Assembly (NCBI RefSeq): GCF_009914755.1
Contig: NC_060947.1
Reading direction: 5' to 3' (one strand)
From: the human T2T-CHM13v2.0 reference genome, Homo sapiens
Length of the DNA: 64,000 bases
Part shown: in pieces, positions 31,556 through 46,426 of the stretch
How positions within the stretch are numbered: the stretch's first letter is position 1
Layout of the letters: each line of letters opens with the position of its first letter
The notes under the pieces: generated by a model
Told to the model about the DNA's origin: nothing
The model's database searches: none
Seen by the model: only the letters and a program-made list of their open reading frames with translations
Translations under genes and position numbers: made by a program

Positions 31556-31911
31556 AGATTCTACTACCCTTCTTTCCCATACAAATTCTAACATTTATTC
31601 TTTAAGCCCTAGAGATTCTTCTGTCTTCACATGAAATTTTTGGGATCACTCCAAACCACGCAATACTAATTGTCTGTCACATTACTTTGGCATGTAATTA
31701 CATACTGCTGTGAATTGTTATTTAAATATTTGTGGGTATATTTTCTTTCTCCAAGACCGACATGTGCCTTTTGTATCTCTCATAGTGCTGAATACCCATA
31801 AGTTTATCTAAAACACATTCAATAAATATTTGTTGACATTTGTATAAGGCCTTGAATTAGAGATAAAAGAGATGGCAGAGACAATGACCAGAGATATTGC
31901 CAGTACTGTAC

Positions 31912-32252
<341 letters not shown>

Positions 32253-35200
32253 TAGGCTTAAGAAATGTAGCATCTTTAAAAAATATACCGTCAAGATTCT
32301 AGCTGTCAGGACCTAAGAGAGAGAGAGAAGTTTGGACCCGCAAATGAGAATTTTGTAAAAATAGAGTATGGAGGCAATGACCCCGAGGAGGAATTTGTAC
32401 CCAGCTAGTTCACAAACACTCCCCAAAACCATGCCCAGACCATTCTCTGGAGGGCAGAGATCCAGCCTCCTTCCTTGGAGATTAGAAATTGTCAGTCCAA
32501 AGAGGTTTTGTCCCTTTATATCCTGGGAGGTAAGCTTTGCTGTAAGCCCTTGGAAAAGCCACAAGACCCATTGGAAATTAGTCCTGTTGGACCAAGACCC
32601 CAATCTCAAACTCCATCTGAAGGCCTGCTCCATTCTTACCTTATGCTCAGCAAAACAGACTTTTGTGCACTGTTTCTATCTAGACTTTTCTTGGGGATCC
32701 TGCTGCAATCTGCCAAATCATTTTAAATTACTTTGCCTCCCACCTAAGAATAAGATTTTGGTTCCAGTTCTGTCAACCTATCCACAAGTGCCCCCACCAC
32801 TTCTCTATCTGCCTAGATCTCTAGCTTAAGCTCTGCCTATGCTATGACCTGTTTTGTCTTTAGGCAGCTTGACCACCTCTCCCTTCTACTTGAATCCACA
32901 ATGACCTGGGAGGCTACAGTTTTGCCGTACATCAGGCACACAATTCCAAGAGCTTCCTAAGTGATTCAGTGGGGGGAGTTATCAGGTACTGGGGGCGGGA
33001 GAATGAGAAAGATGCTATAATCACTCCTTTCTCAAATTATAGCACATCACAACTCAACTTTGTGCCATGTGCATGTGATAAAGTGACAAAAAGTTTTCTC
33101 AAGTAGCTCACTTAAGCTCATAGTCTACTCTCCTTTGTAATCAACCATCTCTGTTTTTTTTATGACTATAAATATTCTCCTAATTTTAAGAAAAGCCAAT
33201 AGACTTTCACAGCCAGGCATTTCCATTTACACTTAAGTACATTTCTCCATATAATCTTTAACTATCGAGTTGGTTAAGGAAGAAAATAGAAGTATTAAAC
33301 CCTCCACAGGGAAACAGTAGCAAAATAGTAAAAATAAATGGATTTAAGAAAAGCAGCAGACTTGGCAACTGAAATATTGCTCATCATGAAGACTTTCTCT
33401 GACTTTATTATTCATTACTAACGTAGCCTCTTTTTGCTGCATATAGTATACCATATTGGAAATAAACACTCATTCTACTCATTCTATAACATGGTAAGAG
33501 AATGCGAATCATAAATCTTATTAGTAAATCCCAGTAACTTTTAGTCATTTAATACTAAAAAATTAAACACAATATTCTCTTTGTTATTTTGCATCATGAT
33601 TTAAAACAAGAAATACAATTATAAAAAAAGTTTAGTTTAACTATAAGCCATAAGAACTCTTCCCTTACATATTTTAAGCATAATTAATATTTTAAAAACA
33701 TTTTGGAATTGCATAAATATTTCTATTTTCTTCTTGGAAATGAATTCTATCCATCAATAACTTATACCAGTTGTATTATAATCTGCCTACCAAAATGCCA
33801 ATTCAAATTCCACTGCAAGGAAGGCCAGAATTAACTGGTAAAAAAGAGTTAAATAAATATACTTCTATTACAAGAACATAAAATAAGACAAACATCTAAT
33901 TATCAAAGTATTTCTAAGCATTTTCCTCATCTGGTAATAAAGATAATGCTGCCTTTTAGATGTGTTTGGAGCAATAAAGGAGATTATGTATATCAAGCAT
34001 GTTGCAATGGGACTAGAATAGACATTTAATAGAAATAGCAGTTGTATCATCATTGGAAACCTAGTGCCCCAAGTTTCTAGCTTTCTAGAAATCACCTTTC
34101 TTAAACATCTAAGTAAAATAACTTGCAACTTCACCCCAGTGACCATGAGTAATATAGAGCCCTCCTGTGTATTCTGAATGATTCCTGAAGAGTATGAATT
34201 TATCTGTTCCACTTGTTTCTTTTGGTTCCATACTGCTGCTTCCAGTGTCTCTGGATCACTCCTGAATCTCATCTATCTGCTTACCATTAAGTCAAGCCAC
34301 ACCAGCTCTCAAAAACTTCTGTCTGAATGCAACAGTAGCGTCCCTTTCTCCCCTCCCCAAGGTAGTGTTAACACGAGCCTGCGATCAGGTTTGGTGGTTA
34401 ACACATTGTACTGGAAATTTGAGAATTTTGTAAGAATATTACAATTCAGAAAGGAAAATTTAGCTTAATATCAGAAATAGCTGCTCCCAAAACCCACAGG
34501 ACACATAACAATATGTAGGGTCTCTTGCAAGCCAGCTGCTAGAGTTTCTTCTCCTGATATCTTTCTCTTGAATACATTTGTCCTAGGTCAGGCCAGAGGA
34601 AATAGAAAATCTCTAGATATCAACAAGGGCTTGGATTCCCAACCCCACACCCCTACCAAAAGTATATCTTTATATTATTAGAATAAGTTAGCATCCCACT
34701 GTGATTTATTTACACTTAGATTACTTTCAATATCAAAGGACAAAGAATAAGTACTTAACATTCTTCTGCATGACAATAAGGCTCACAAGTAATCCCTTCT
34801 AGAAGGACGAGAAAGGCACAGCCCCATTTTTACTTTTCCAGCCCCAGGAAGCTAATTTCCTGCAATTTTGGAAAAGCAGTTTTATCCCTACTACCAGTCA
34901 TCAAAGAATCAGAAATATCGAGGTTCTGTCTTGGACCACCTCACTACAATATGAGTAACATTATGAGGTCTTGCCAGACAATTTCAGCAAATGGATTTTT
35001 AAAAAATCATTTAAAATTAGTACATTAACTGTTTTTATGCAAATAGGAGCTGCCAAGTTTCAATTAGGAAGCAGTTGGTTGCTAAAGTAAGCCAACAATT
35101 ACCTTGCAGATTTGTTGAGGTTTTTCTTAGATAGTACAAAGATAAACTTCAGGCTACCCTGCATTCAAATGATCAAAAAAAATCCAATTAATGAACTTTT

Positions 35201-35527
35201 GCCAAACTGTAAAGACAGGCTTTATTTCTTCCTAATGTTAGCCCCAAAACAATCCAGAGAGATTGTATTTAGATCTAGTGGCAGAATTCTATAGCAGACA
35301 AAGAATTTATATAATTTTGAGTTTAGCCTGTAGTTTTATAAAAGAAAAAAAAAAGCCTTAAGAGTTAGCTGCTTAGGTTTACAGAGCTATTAAGTGGCTT
35401 CTGTGCCAGTTTGTATATTTTTTGTCAAAAGGCAAGATTTCTAAGATGATATTGCTTTAGCTAAATATATCTCTTTGAATTAGTGTCACCTGGATATGGA
35501 ATGTTAATTCTCATGTTAAAAAAGAAT

Positions 35528-36945
35528 ATGACTTCAAACTATATTGCAGGGCTACAGTAACCAAAACAGCATGGTACTGGTACAAAAACAGACGCATAGA
35601 CCAATGGAACAGAAGAGAGAGCCCAGAAGTAAGGCTGCACATCTACAGCCATCTGATCTTTGACAAAGCTGACAAAAATAAGCAATGAGGAAAGGACCCC
35701 CTATTCAATAAATGATGCTGGAATAACGGGCTGGCCACATGCAGAAGATTGAAACTGGATCCCTTCTGTATACCATATACAAAGATCAACTCAAGATGGA
35801 TTAAAGACTTAAGTGTAAAACCCAAAATCATAAAAACCCTGGAAGATAACTTAGGCAATACCATTCTGGACATAGGATCTGGCCAAGATTTCATGGTGTT
35901 ACAGATCCCAAAAGCAATTGCAACAAAAACAAAAATTCCCAAATGTGACCTAATTGAAGAGCTTCTATACAACAAAAGAAACTGACAATAGAGTAAAGCG
36001 ACAACTTACAGAATGGGAACTTATATTTGCAAACTATACATTCAACAGAGGTCTAATATCCAGAACCTATAAGAAACTTCAACAAATTTATAAGCAAAAA
36101 ACAAACAACTTCATTAAAAAGTCAGAAAAGAACATGAATACTTTTTTCAAAAGAAGACACACGTGCAACCAACAGTTATATGAAAAAAGGTCAACATCAC
36201 TAATCATTAGAGAAATGCAAATTAAAACCATAATGAGATACCATCTTACCCCAGTCAGGATGGCTATTGTTAAAAAATCAAAAGATAACAGATGCTGGCA
36301 AGGTTGCAGAGAAAAGGGAATGCTTATATGCTGTTGGTGGAAATGTAAACTAGTTCAACCATTATGAAAAGCAGTGGGGTGATTACTCAAAGGATAAACA
36401 GAACTACCATCGGACCCAGCAATCCTATTACTGGGTATATACCCAAAGGAATAGAAATCGTTCTATCATGAAGACACATGCACGTGTATGTTCACTGCAG
36501 CACTATTCACAATAGCAAAGACATGGAGTCAACCTAAATGCCTATCAATGACAGATTGGTCAAAGAAAATGTGGTACATATACACCATGGAATACTATGC
36601 AGCCATAAAAAATGAGATCATGCCCTTTGCAGGAACATGGATGGAGCTGTAGGCCATTATCCTTAGCGAACTAATGCAGGAACAGAAAACCAAATACTGT
36701 ATGTTCTTGCTTTTAAGTGGGAACTAAATGATGAGAACACATGGACACATATAGGGGAGCAAGGCACACTGGCGCCTATAAGATGGTGGAGGGTGGGAGG
36801 AGGCAGAGGATCAGGAAAAATAACTAGTGGGTACTAGGATTAATACATGGGTGACAATAATCTGTACAACAAACCCCCATGACATGAGTTTACCTATATA
36901 ACAAACCTGCACATGTACCCCTGAACCTAAAATAAAAGTTAACAT
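35528..36945 (+). mobile_element. 5'-truncated L1 (L1PA15/16-PB-like), ~1.4 kb
   Basis: ORF2 C-terminal motifs ([32 protein letters not shown]) and 3' UTR. TSD-like AAAAGAAT at 35520-35527 and 36946-36953. Confidence 0.9.
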
Positions 36946-37753
36946 AAAAGAATGCCCACAGGTAGGCAATTGAGGGCTACTATGATGGTTCTACATGGTC
37001 CTTAGGGACCCCAGCATGTTCTGGGAATGATTTCCACAACCCTAGATGGTAGCCCTAGTCTTTATGGTCCAAGATGGCCATGGAAACAGTATCAAAGGAG
37101 TGCAGAACAAGGGCATTCATCTCCTTTTTAAAGAAGACTTCCCATAGCTCCCAAATGACACTTCCACTCTCATTGGCCAGAACTTAGTGACAGGGCTTTG
37201 CTTAGCTGCAACGAAGTTGACAATGATAGTGTTCATTCTGGGAGGCAATGTCCTGGAATAAAAATTGGGCTCCTTTGACTAACCGTAAAAGGCTACTGGT
37301 AATGTAAAATCTGCTGTAGTAGCTTTTGCTTGTCTTAAGGTCCATCTTGTTCTGAGGATGACTTTATATTTACAATGACACTCACTTCTATTACTGGTGG
37401 CTCTAAGATTCAGAGAAATGAGATAACTATACATGGTCTGGTTTCTTGGATTATATCTCACATAGGAGAAATTCAAGATTAAGTCTAAGCCACAGTAATA
37501 ATGGGGAACCAAAGAGGTCTGGGTATTTTTAGCTAACCAGTTGGTGCAGGCCTGCCAGAAATATATTTTTCTAAAGGAATAAGCAACTTCCTAGCAGATG
37601 ATCCCCCTTAAGGAAAAAGTCATCCATTTGTTGTTCTGATTTCTTTCATGTATTCAACAAATGTTTATTGAGCATATGCTATATGACAGTCATTTAAAAT
37701 GCAGCAAAAACAAACGCGGTTCCTGCATACAGACCAATCTAGTGAGGAAGTTA

Positions 37754-38337
<584 letters not shown>

Positions 38338-38985
38338 AACATGACCAGGAAAGGTATTTATTGCAAGAATGTGGCTTCTTTGTGTTGGTGAAAAAGTTGG
38401 AAACATCTTAGGAGAATTGCTACATATAATTCGATGTATTTATATGATGACTACTATGTTCCAGTTAAACTGAAAGAGTCATTAAATAGGTGTCTATGTA
38501 TCAACATGGAAAAATCTAAAAGAAATTAGTTAAAATAGATAATAATACATACATTATTTTTCTCACAAAACGAGCCTATATATTGCCCATGAGTAAATAT
38601 GTAGGTAGTTATCTACAAGAAACTGGATCTATGCACATCAACATGTCTGCATTTGGGGAGAGGTAAAAAGAATGAAACTGGTGAGAAGATACAAACCAAC
38701 TTCATCTTTATGTTGTTTATTTTTATATTGATAATATTGTTCACATTTGCTTCTGGTCTTTTTAACACAGTCAATTGACATGGTAGGAACAAGGGATCTT
38801 GTATGTTATTGTCTATATTTCTCTTCTCTTTTTTTTTCATTCCTTCATTATCTTAATTAAAACAAAAAGATAAAGAACTTTTTGACCTACCAAGGAGTAA
38901 GGATCCTACTGTTAATATTTTTCCTTGGACTCACACGTTTGTGTTCTGCCACTTGCTGTATTCATGTCACAAAGTATAAATGACA

Positions 38986-38994
<9 letters not shown>

Positions 38995-39016
<22 letters not shown>

Positions 39017-39023
39017 ACGCACA
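38995..39023. repeat. (CA)n microsatellite
   Basis: Direct reading. Confidence 0.95.
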
Positions 39024-39797
39024 TTTTCTCACAAGCCAGGTGAAGCTACAATAAGAGAATTGGTTTTTCTATGATGAAGACTATTACTTCGTAATACCTC
39101 TAAATCCAGTTACTTTTGATATATTAGACATTGTCTGGGCTTAGAAAGAATACATACAATGTATGACTAAGCAGAATTGAACTTGAGGGGGAATCAAACC
39201 TAACATTTCTTCTCAATTTGAAGTGAATTTCACTTTTGACAAACTGTGAGGCAGTTATGCTACTCACCCAGATAGGAGATACTAATGGCCATTTTTCTCC
39301 TAATTAATTAATAAGGAATTAAAGTATACAGCAATACCCCATAAGGAGTTCATTAAGTGACAGACATTTTGTATACTGAATAGATCAAATTACTACAGAA
39401 AGCATGAGGGTACAGTTAAAAACGTCTGTGATAATAGCTATAATTTATTGACTGCCTACTGGTGGGCAATTGGTGGTGATCATGTTAACGCTTTTCAACA
39501 CACTGTGGTTTCATAACTAATTAAGAAGTAAATGCAAGTATCAGACAGATGGAGCTCAAAATACCAGGTTCATTACTGTTAACAATAAATTCAATAACTT
39601 GGTTTGGTCTATGGCCATAATTGGACTTCCCGGCAAAGACTTCTGAATTAAATTTAGCCATCCAGTCCCAGGCAGTGCTGGGCATAATCTGAGAGTAGGT
39701 GGCCCTGGAAAGAAAAAAGGACACAAACATCACTGAGCTAATCTTGTTCAGATTCTTCTCTCAAACTCACCAGGGAGATCACTTCTTTCTTGGAGTC

Positions 39798-39905
39798 AGG
39801 AGGAGGAGAAGGAGAAGGGAGGCAGGGAGGAGGAGGAGGAGGAGGAGGAGGAGGAGGAGGAGGAGGAGGCAGAAGAAGAGAAAGTGAGAGAAAGAGAGAG
39901 AGAGA
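39798..39905. repeat. Polypurine tract with perfect (GGA)14 at 39826-39867 followed by (AG)n
   Basis: Direct reading. It explains the poly-R and poly-L ORFs. Confidence 0.95.
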
Positions 39906-39989
39906 CCCACTCTTCCTATTATTTCCAGAAGGACGGTATTCCCTACTCTATGGATCAAGCTAAGAACACTTGGAGGATAATATGCTTTC

Positions 39990-40230
39990 CTTTTCACCTA
40001 CTAAATGCTAGGCACTGTATGAAACATTTTATATCTTTTTTCTGTGTTTCTCACAACAATACTCACTAGGTCAGTATAATTATCCAGACTTTACAAAAGA
40101 GGAAAGTGAGACTCAGGGAATTTAAAACATGCCCACACTCCTACTCACATTCTTGGTTAGATAGTTGAGCTGGAATTCAAATCCAGATCTGTTTGACTCC
40201 AAAGCCCACATACTTTCTACTATCTGCACT
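39990..40230 (-). mobile_element. MIR
   Basis: TTTACAAAAGAGGAAAGTGAGACTCAGGGAATT...GGAATTCAAATCCAGATCTGTTTGACTCCAAAGCCCA. Confidence 0.75.
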
Positions 40231-41234
40231 TTATGCAAATGAAATCACCAAATTCCCCTTTTAAATAATTAAAGTAATGTAGATGGGGCATAAAAATGTC
40301 ACTAGTCCTTTCAACTTTCTTGGATAATTGGGGCTTGTCAATCACATCTATTTGGTTCAGCATTAGATTATGTCAAATGAAATGTCTTTTCACAAAAACC
40401 TATTGTTTAATTTTAAGTTAATTCACCTTTGTAAATCTGAGAGGCTTAGTCCCATTCTGCCTTGGGTGTGTACACACAGTACCTATTAGCAATTAAAATG
40501 AGTTATAAATGCGTCAAGAAGAGATCCTGCAGCTGAAATCCAGGTCAGCTTACATGAAATGGATATATATCTTCCTCTTCTGAATGTTCATTAGATGTTC
40601 TATTTTATCTTCAAAAGTTAGTAGCAGAAATTTTCTTGAAGTTGACACTTATAGGTCAAGTGAGCTTCATGATAATGTTCTCAGCCCCCATGCATCAGAG
40701 GCCTACTCTGAAGGACTTATATAACTCTACTCAAAATTTTGAAACGAAGAAGATGCGAAATGAAAGAGAAAAAAAAACTATTTATGGACCCGGGTCTCCC
40801 TGCAATATCCTCAAAATTATTCAGTAGATCTAGTAAATGATAGCATGAAAAGTAAGCTACTTCAGATTTCCTTAAGTTTGATATTTTAGCATGTATGTGA
40901 AAATAATGAAGTAAATCTTTCTAAACTCAATACTGAGATTTGTGTTCATTTTTTTAAATTCAATAACTATTTACCAAGCATTTTATTCCATTTTATATAG
41001 TTCATCCCAAAGCACAACATAAGCAATAAAATTTTAGTTAAAAGAATTTGAAAATAAAATGGTACTGCTTAATGTGGCTGACCAAGCATGCACTTTTTGC
41101 AGGCCTATTATAACATGGTTCATAAGCAGAGTGTATTGTGCAATGGTAAATTTTAACGCTGAACATCAATGAAAAAATATAATTCTAAAATTAAAGCATC
41201 AAAACATTAAACAACCAAGCAGAGGCATTTACAT

Positions 41235-41535
41235 GAGAGTTGGGAGATGTGAATTTTTCTTTTGACTCTGCCTGTATGACTGAATAAAATCACTTCACCT
41301 CTCTGAGCCTCATTTTCCCCATCTATAAAATGAAGATGTTGGACTAGAATGGATCTTGCCATTTACATCAGATTCCCTTGAGAGTCCTATAAAAGTACCA
41401 TTCCCAGACTTCACCTTCAGAAAGTTCTATTCGGTAAGATTTTAGAGGAGCTCAGAAATCTTCCTGTTTAACAAGGGCCCAGGGGATGTGGATGTTGGAG
41501 ATGAACACAAACTACAAAATAAGGTACGCTGAAGC
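41235..41535. mobile_element. MIR fragment followed by a MER5A-like fragment
   Basis: CACTTCACCTCTCTGAGCCTCATTTTCCCCATCTATAAAATG (MIR), then CTCAGAAATCT..TGTTTAACAAG..CCCAGGGGAT (MER5A-like). Confidence 0.6.
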
Positions 41536-41599
41536 TAGATCCCCTTCCCATCCTACCATTCTAATAGCCTATGGAAATTTGAGTAAAAATAACAATTAT

Positions 41600-41900
<301 letters not shown>

Positions 41901-42369
41901 TTATCGTAGAAACTTATATGTAGTGATAACCCATTTCAAGTAATCATTTTATCATAATATAAACTGCTCCCTGTAGTGTTTATACTTTTTGTTGATAAAA
42001 CATCTAACTGTGAATGAAGGAATTCCCAAATCAATTATAAAAGAAAGAAAAGAAGGAAGGAAGGGAGGAAACAGGGAAAGGAAGGTATTGATAGATAGGC
42101 ACATACATAAAACACAAACTCTTAGGCTATCAAGTGCTTTTATACCCAAAATAATCATCAGCATTTTGCAAGTAGAAAATTCTTAAACATTACATTACTT
42201 TGGTATTTCAATGAAAGATAAGAATTGAACACGCATGAAAGAAGCTTTGTAAGCCTGCAGTTTAATTGTAGATCACTTGCCCTGTTCCCCTATTATTTTG
42301 AGACTTTTTACATAGAATTATCAGTTACAGTAATTTATTAAGGTGGGTTTTTAAAATTATTTAAGGTAC

Positions 42370-42739
42370 TGATATGGTTTGGCTGTGTCCCCATCCAAAT
42401 CTCATCTTGAATTGTAGTTCCCATAATTCCCACGTTTTGTGGGAGGGACCTGGTGAGAGATAATAGAATCATGGGGTGGTTTCCCCCATACTGTTCTCGT
42501 GGTAGTAAGTCTCATGATGAGATCTGTTAATTTTATAAGGGGTTTCCCCTTTCACTTGGTTCTCATTCTCTCTTGTCTGCCGCCATGTAAGACATGGCTT
42601 TCACCTTCTGCCATAATTGTGAGGCCTCCCAGCCATGTGGAACTGTGAGTCCATTAAACCTCTCTTTTTTTTTTTTTTTTAAATAAATTTCCCAGTCTTG
42701 GGTATGTTTTTATTAGCAGTGTGAGAACAGACTAATACA
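42370..42739 (+). mobile_element. THE1 (C/D-like) solo LTR
   Basis: TGATATGGTTTGGCTGTGTCCCCA ... GAGAACAGACTAATACA, ~370 bp. TSD GGTAC / GGTGC. Confidence 0.9.
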
Positions 42740-45082
42740 GGTGCTTTGCATATTAACACTGAAAATTGATCAAGAAGTTGGATGTTTAATTTAATATAGG
42801 TATTATGGTCCATCTGTGTCCTTGAACTCTACTTTAGCCAAACCACATACTTAAAAACCATAGAGAAACACAACTTGATGAAGCCAGGTAAGCTGTGATC
42901 TACATCACCACTGCAGCTCAAGAATGAATTTGGCTAATGGCCATAGCAAAGATAACAAATCAACAATTTCATTGGAATTCAATACACCCCAATGTTGCAA
43001 TATAAATCAAAGCAGATCCATTCAGAACCTTCAGTAAATCATATGACATTTGAATTCCAAGCAACTGGAACTTTACAGCAGGGATCCAGGTTTAGTCAAA
43101 ATTGTTATACAATGTTTATTTATATTCAAGTATAGGAGTTACCTGAAATTGAGTGATTATATTTTTTAAAATTGTAACCAGAACATCAGTTCATTAATTT
43201 GACAGTTGTCTTTCCATGCTGCAAATAATAACCAGCGTTCATCATTTAGCAGTCATGTACAGCGCTCCCTACATATTAGTATTTTTATTGAAAAATACAT
43301 TAAACAGTTCAATATATTCAAATTAAGGCAAATAAATTTTCCAGTTCTAATTGTGCCATTCTCTAACCTCGGTCAACTAGACCTATATATGAAAAGCTAA
43401 AGGATCAGCATACTGAATTTATTATTCTGAAGCAACGATGTGTAGCAAAAAAAAATAAGCTTGCTTTTGCCTCCTTTCAAAATATTAATAAAGTGACACT
43501 GACCCCACTCCTGTACTTGTGTTGCTGTGGTGATGCCCACGGTGGAAGAAAAATTTGGTGATAATTATGCTTTCAATATTGGCATGGTTTCCTGAGATTC
43601 CCGCAAAGTGATGCTTTCAAGATGCTGCATATAATTCTTCCACCTCAGAGACACTTCAGGCTATTCTTCTAAGAGAACTTCAGGTGTATTTAGGTAATCT
43701 AAAACTCATAAAACTTGAGGCTCATTTTCTTTTCAATTTGCTTAGGAATATAGTGAGACCAAAGGCAGATGCAAAACTTACTTAATATATGTCCTGGGGC
43801 CGTTACATCTGACTAAGAGGTTACCTGACCTACCATAATCAGGTGAAGAGGGTTGTATTCCAAATGTCATTGTACTGTCACTTAAGAAACTGCCTGGGAG
43901 ATGAAAAATAGAAGGGGACAAAAATAATTGATATCACATCTGAGTAATAAGTCATCAGGATTCAAGGTAAAAAACATCCATTCTCCTCACATTGATTTGC
44001 AATGATGGTTGAATGCGGCATCCAGTTATTACTGGAAATGATTTTATTTACATTCTAGATCTTACTTGCCTCATTTCTAAACCTACAATTTTGAAACTCT
44101 GCTTCATTTTGTGCAAATCACAACTTCAGGTAGATCTGGGGTATGTCATCCTTGCCATTTTGTTCATATTAATAGACTAGTCCTCTTCACAAATGATGAC
44201 ATTTTTAAAAATCAGAACTACTTAGTGCAAATCCTGAGTAGCTGCTCCTCTGACCGTAACTCTTTAGAACTGGGCATCTTCTATGCAGACATTTTTGAAT
44301 TTTCCAGCAGAGTCAGCATTAAACTCTCTACCACAGCACATACTTTACCATATATTTATACTAGCCAAACATAAATACATAAATAAAATCAACAGAACTT
44401 ATTACAGAGGCTCAACTGCATTATACCATTCCAATAAAGTGCAATGTCAAACCTAATAAATTTGGCTTCCTCCTGAACACATTAGGTTGTAACTCCAAAC
44501 CAAAATATGACTTCCAGCTGCAGCAAAATTCATAAGATAGAATGTGTCAGGATAGATGAAATACCTACTAATGCTGTCCTGAGCCTTATCTGTTAAATTT
44601 GTGGCTTTTGCCATGTATATGTGCTCCCAAGTCTAGTAAGCTTAAATGTGGTTCTTACTGATAAATCACTGGACTCAGTCAAAAAAGAGGGAGAGCCAGA
44701 GCCCTTAGAGAACAGGTATCATTAATAAGTGGCACTTGGTGTAATTGATGGGGGCACCATAAGTCTTTCTATAACTTTGTAAGACATGCAGTTGTCTTTT
44801 CCTTCTATTTCTGTACTTCCCCTCTTGATCTACTGCCTCTTTTCTCCTTTCTATCCCATTTTCCTTCCTTTCCTGCCCATTCCAGCGTGGCAGTGTTATT
44901 CAAACTGTAAGAGGCAATCTATAGTCACTCCTGAGTTCAGTTTAGTGGGCCACAGCCAAGCATTTAAAAAATCGACTACAATAGAATAATATTTCATTAT
45001 ATATTGTTATATTACTTATTACATTTATATAATTACACGTATGTATATATAGTATACATATGCACATTACACACACACACAA

Positions 45083-45182
45083 AAGCCAGTGATGCTGCTA
45101 ATCCTTCTACATTGCATAGGGCAGCCCCCACAACAAATAATCATTTGACCAAATATATCAACAGTGTTGAGTTTGAGCCCTG
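45083..45182. mobile_element. MER20 fragment
   Basis: GCCAGTGATGCTGCTAA...GGGCAGCCCCCACAACAAA...CAACAGTGTTGAG. Confidence 0.7.
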
Positions 45183-46334
45183 ATGTATACATATATGTAA
45201 CTATTTGAAAACATCTGTAAAATGAAAGATGGAATTTTTTTGAAGTTATTTTAAATGTTTGACATTACATGGCTCCAACTAGAATCATAAATATTTTTTC
45301 TAATGCTAATTCTGTTATCCAACTTAAATTAAGATGTTGGTTTCTGACTAAAATCAACCATTTCACCAAGAATGGGAGTAAGGGTAAGTTACTTAAATTT
45401 TCTGAGTCTCACTTTCCTCTTTTGTAAAGTCTGGCTAATCATACTGGCCTGTTGAGGATTGTCATGAGAAACATAGAAAACAGATATAAAATATTTTGTA
45501 TAACTTATTTATTTTAAGAAGTGAGTTAAAAATTTTTTTAGTTTAAGATTTATTTGCACATACATGTACCACCGTTCAATTTTCAAGAGTTCTGTATACA
45601 TCCCATCCTTACTGACTCCACATAGCAGGTGCCAGTTTTACACATGGGGAACTGAAATTGGTGTAATGCTGTTTTTGTCCCATTGTGAGAAAGTAGCACG
45701 GGTGGAATTTGAACCCAGGTCATTGGGCTCCAAGGGCTTGGATATGTATTTGATTAAAAGAAAAACTGCCCTGGGTCTTGGCCCAGCACTATTTCAATCA
45801 GGCCAAAATGCCTGCCAAATAATCCAAATAATTGAATTGAATTGAAAAATATCCACCTTTTCAATAACATCAGGAACAAAAGTCTACAATATCCTGTAAA
45901 CTATAATTACTAATATTAAGGGCATGTCCGCTTTGTTGCGTTTCTTTATTTAGGAATTTGTTCTGTGGCACTCTTCTTTGAAACCTTTGGTTGGAAAGAA
46001 ACTATGTTCACTGAAAATGCAGCACATTTTGTCTTCTTTTATATGTTTTAAAGCTTTCTAGTTCTGGATAGGTGTGAAGAAGTTGAAAAAGCAACATTCT
46101 CAGGTAAATTACGTACTACACAGTAATAGGACATCCTTTACATCATCCTGGAAACATATGCGCTTTTTATCTCACTCATCGCAGGTGAAATTTCTGGTTT
46201 TCTTCTAACCTTAGAATGAAATTATAAAAACCCAGGCAAGATTTAGTTTTATTTCTCTGTTTTTCCACTAGTTTTCCAATCGGGATCTCTATGTTGTTTA
46301 GTAACACGAACTTCACAATAGAAAGTAGCTTACA

Positions 46335-46426
46335 GTAAACCAAACCCCCACCACATGCAATTTACCTATATAACAAACTTGCACACGTACACCTGAACCT
46401 AAAATAAAAGTTTTTCAAAAAGAAAA
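46335..46426 (+). mobile_element. L1P 3' tip
   Basis: CCAAACCCCCACCACATGCAATTTACCTATATAACAAAC...CTGAACCTAAAATAAAAGT. Confidence 0.75.

Noticed and set aside
32368-32829. 153-aa ATG-initiated ORF in apparently unique sequence
   Set aside because: No recognisable domain, promoter, splice context or processed-pseudogene hallmarks. Compatible with chance in 64 kb.
39699-39997. Poly-Arg / poly-Leu ORFs
   Set aside because: They are readings of the (GGA)n repeat.
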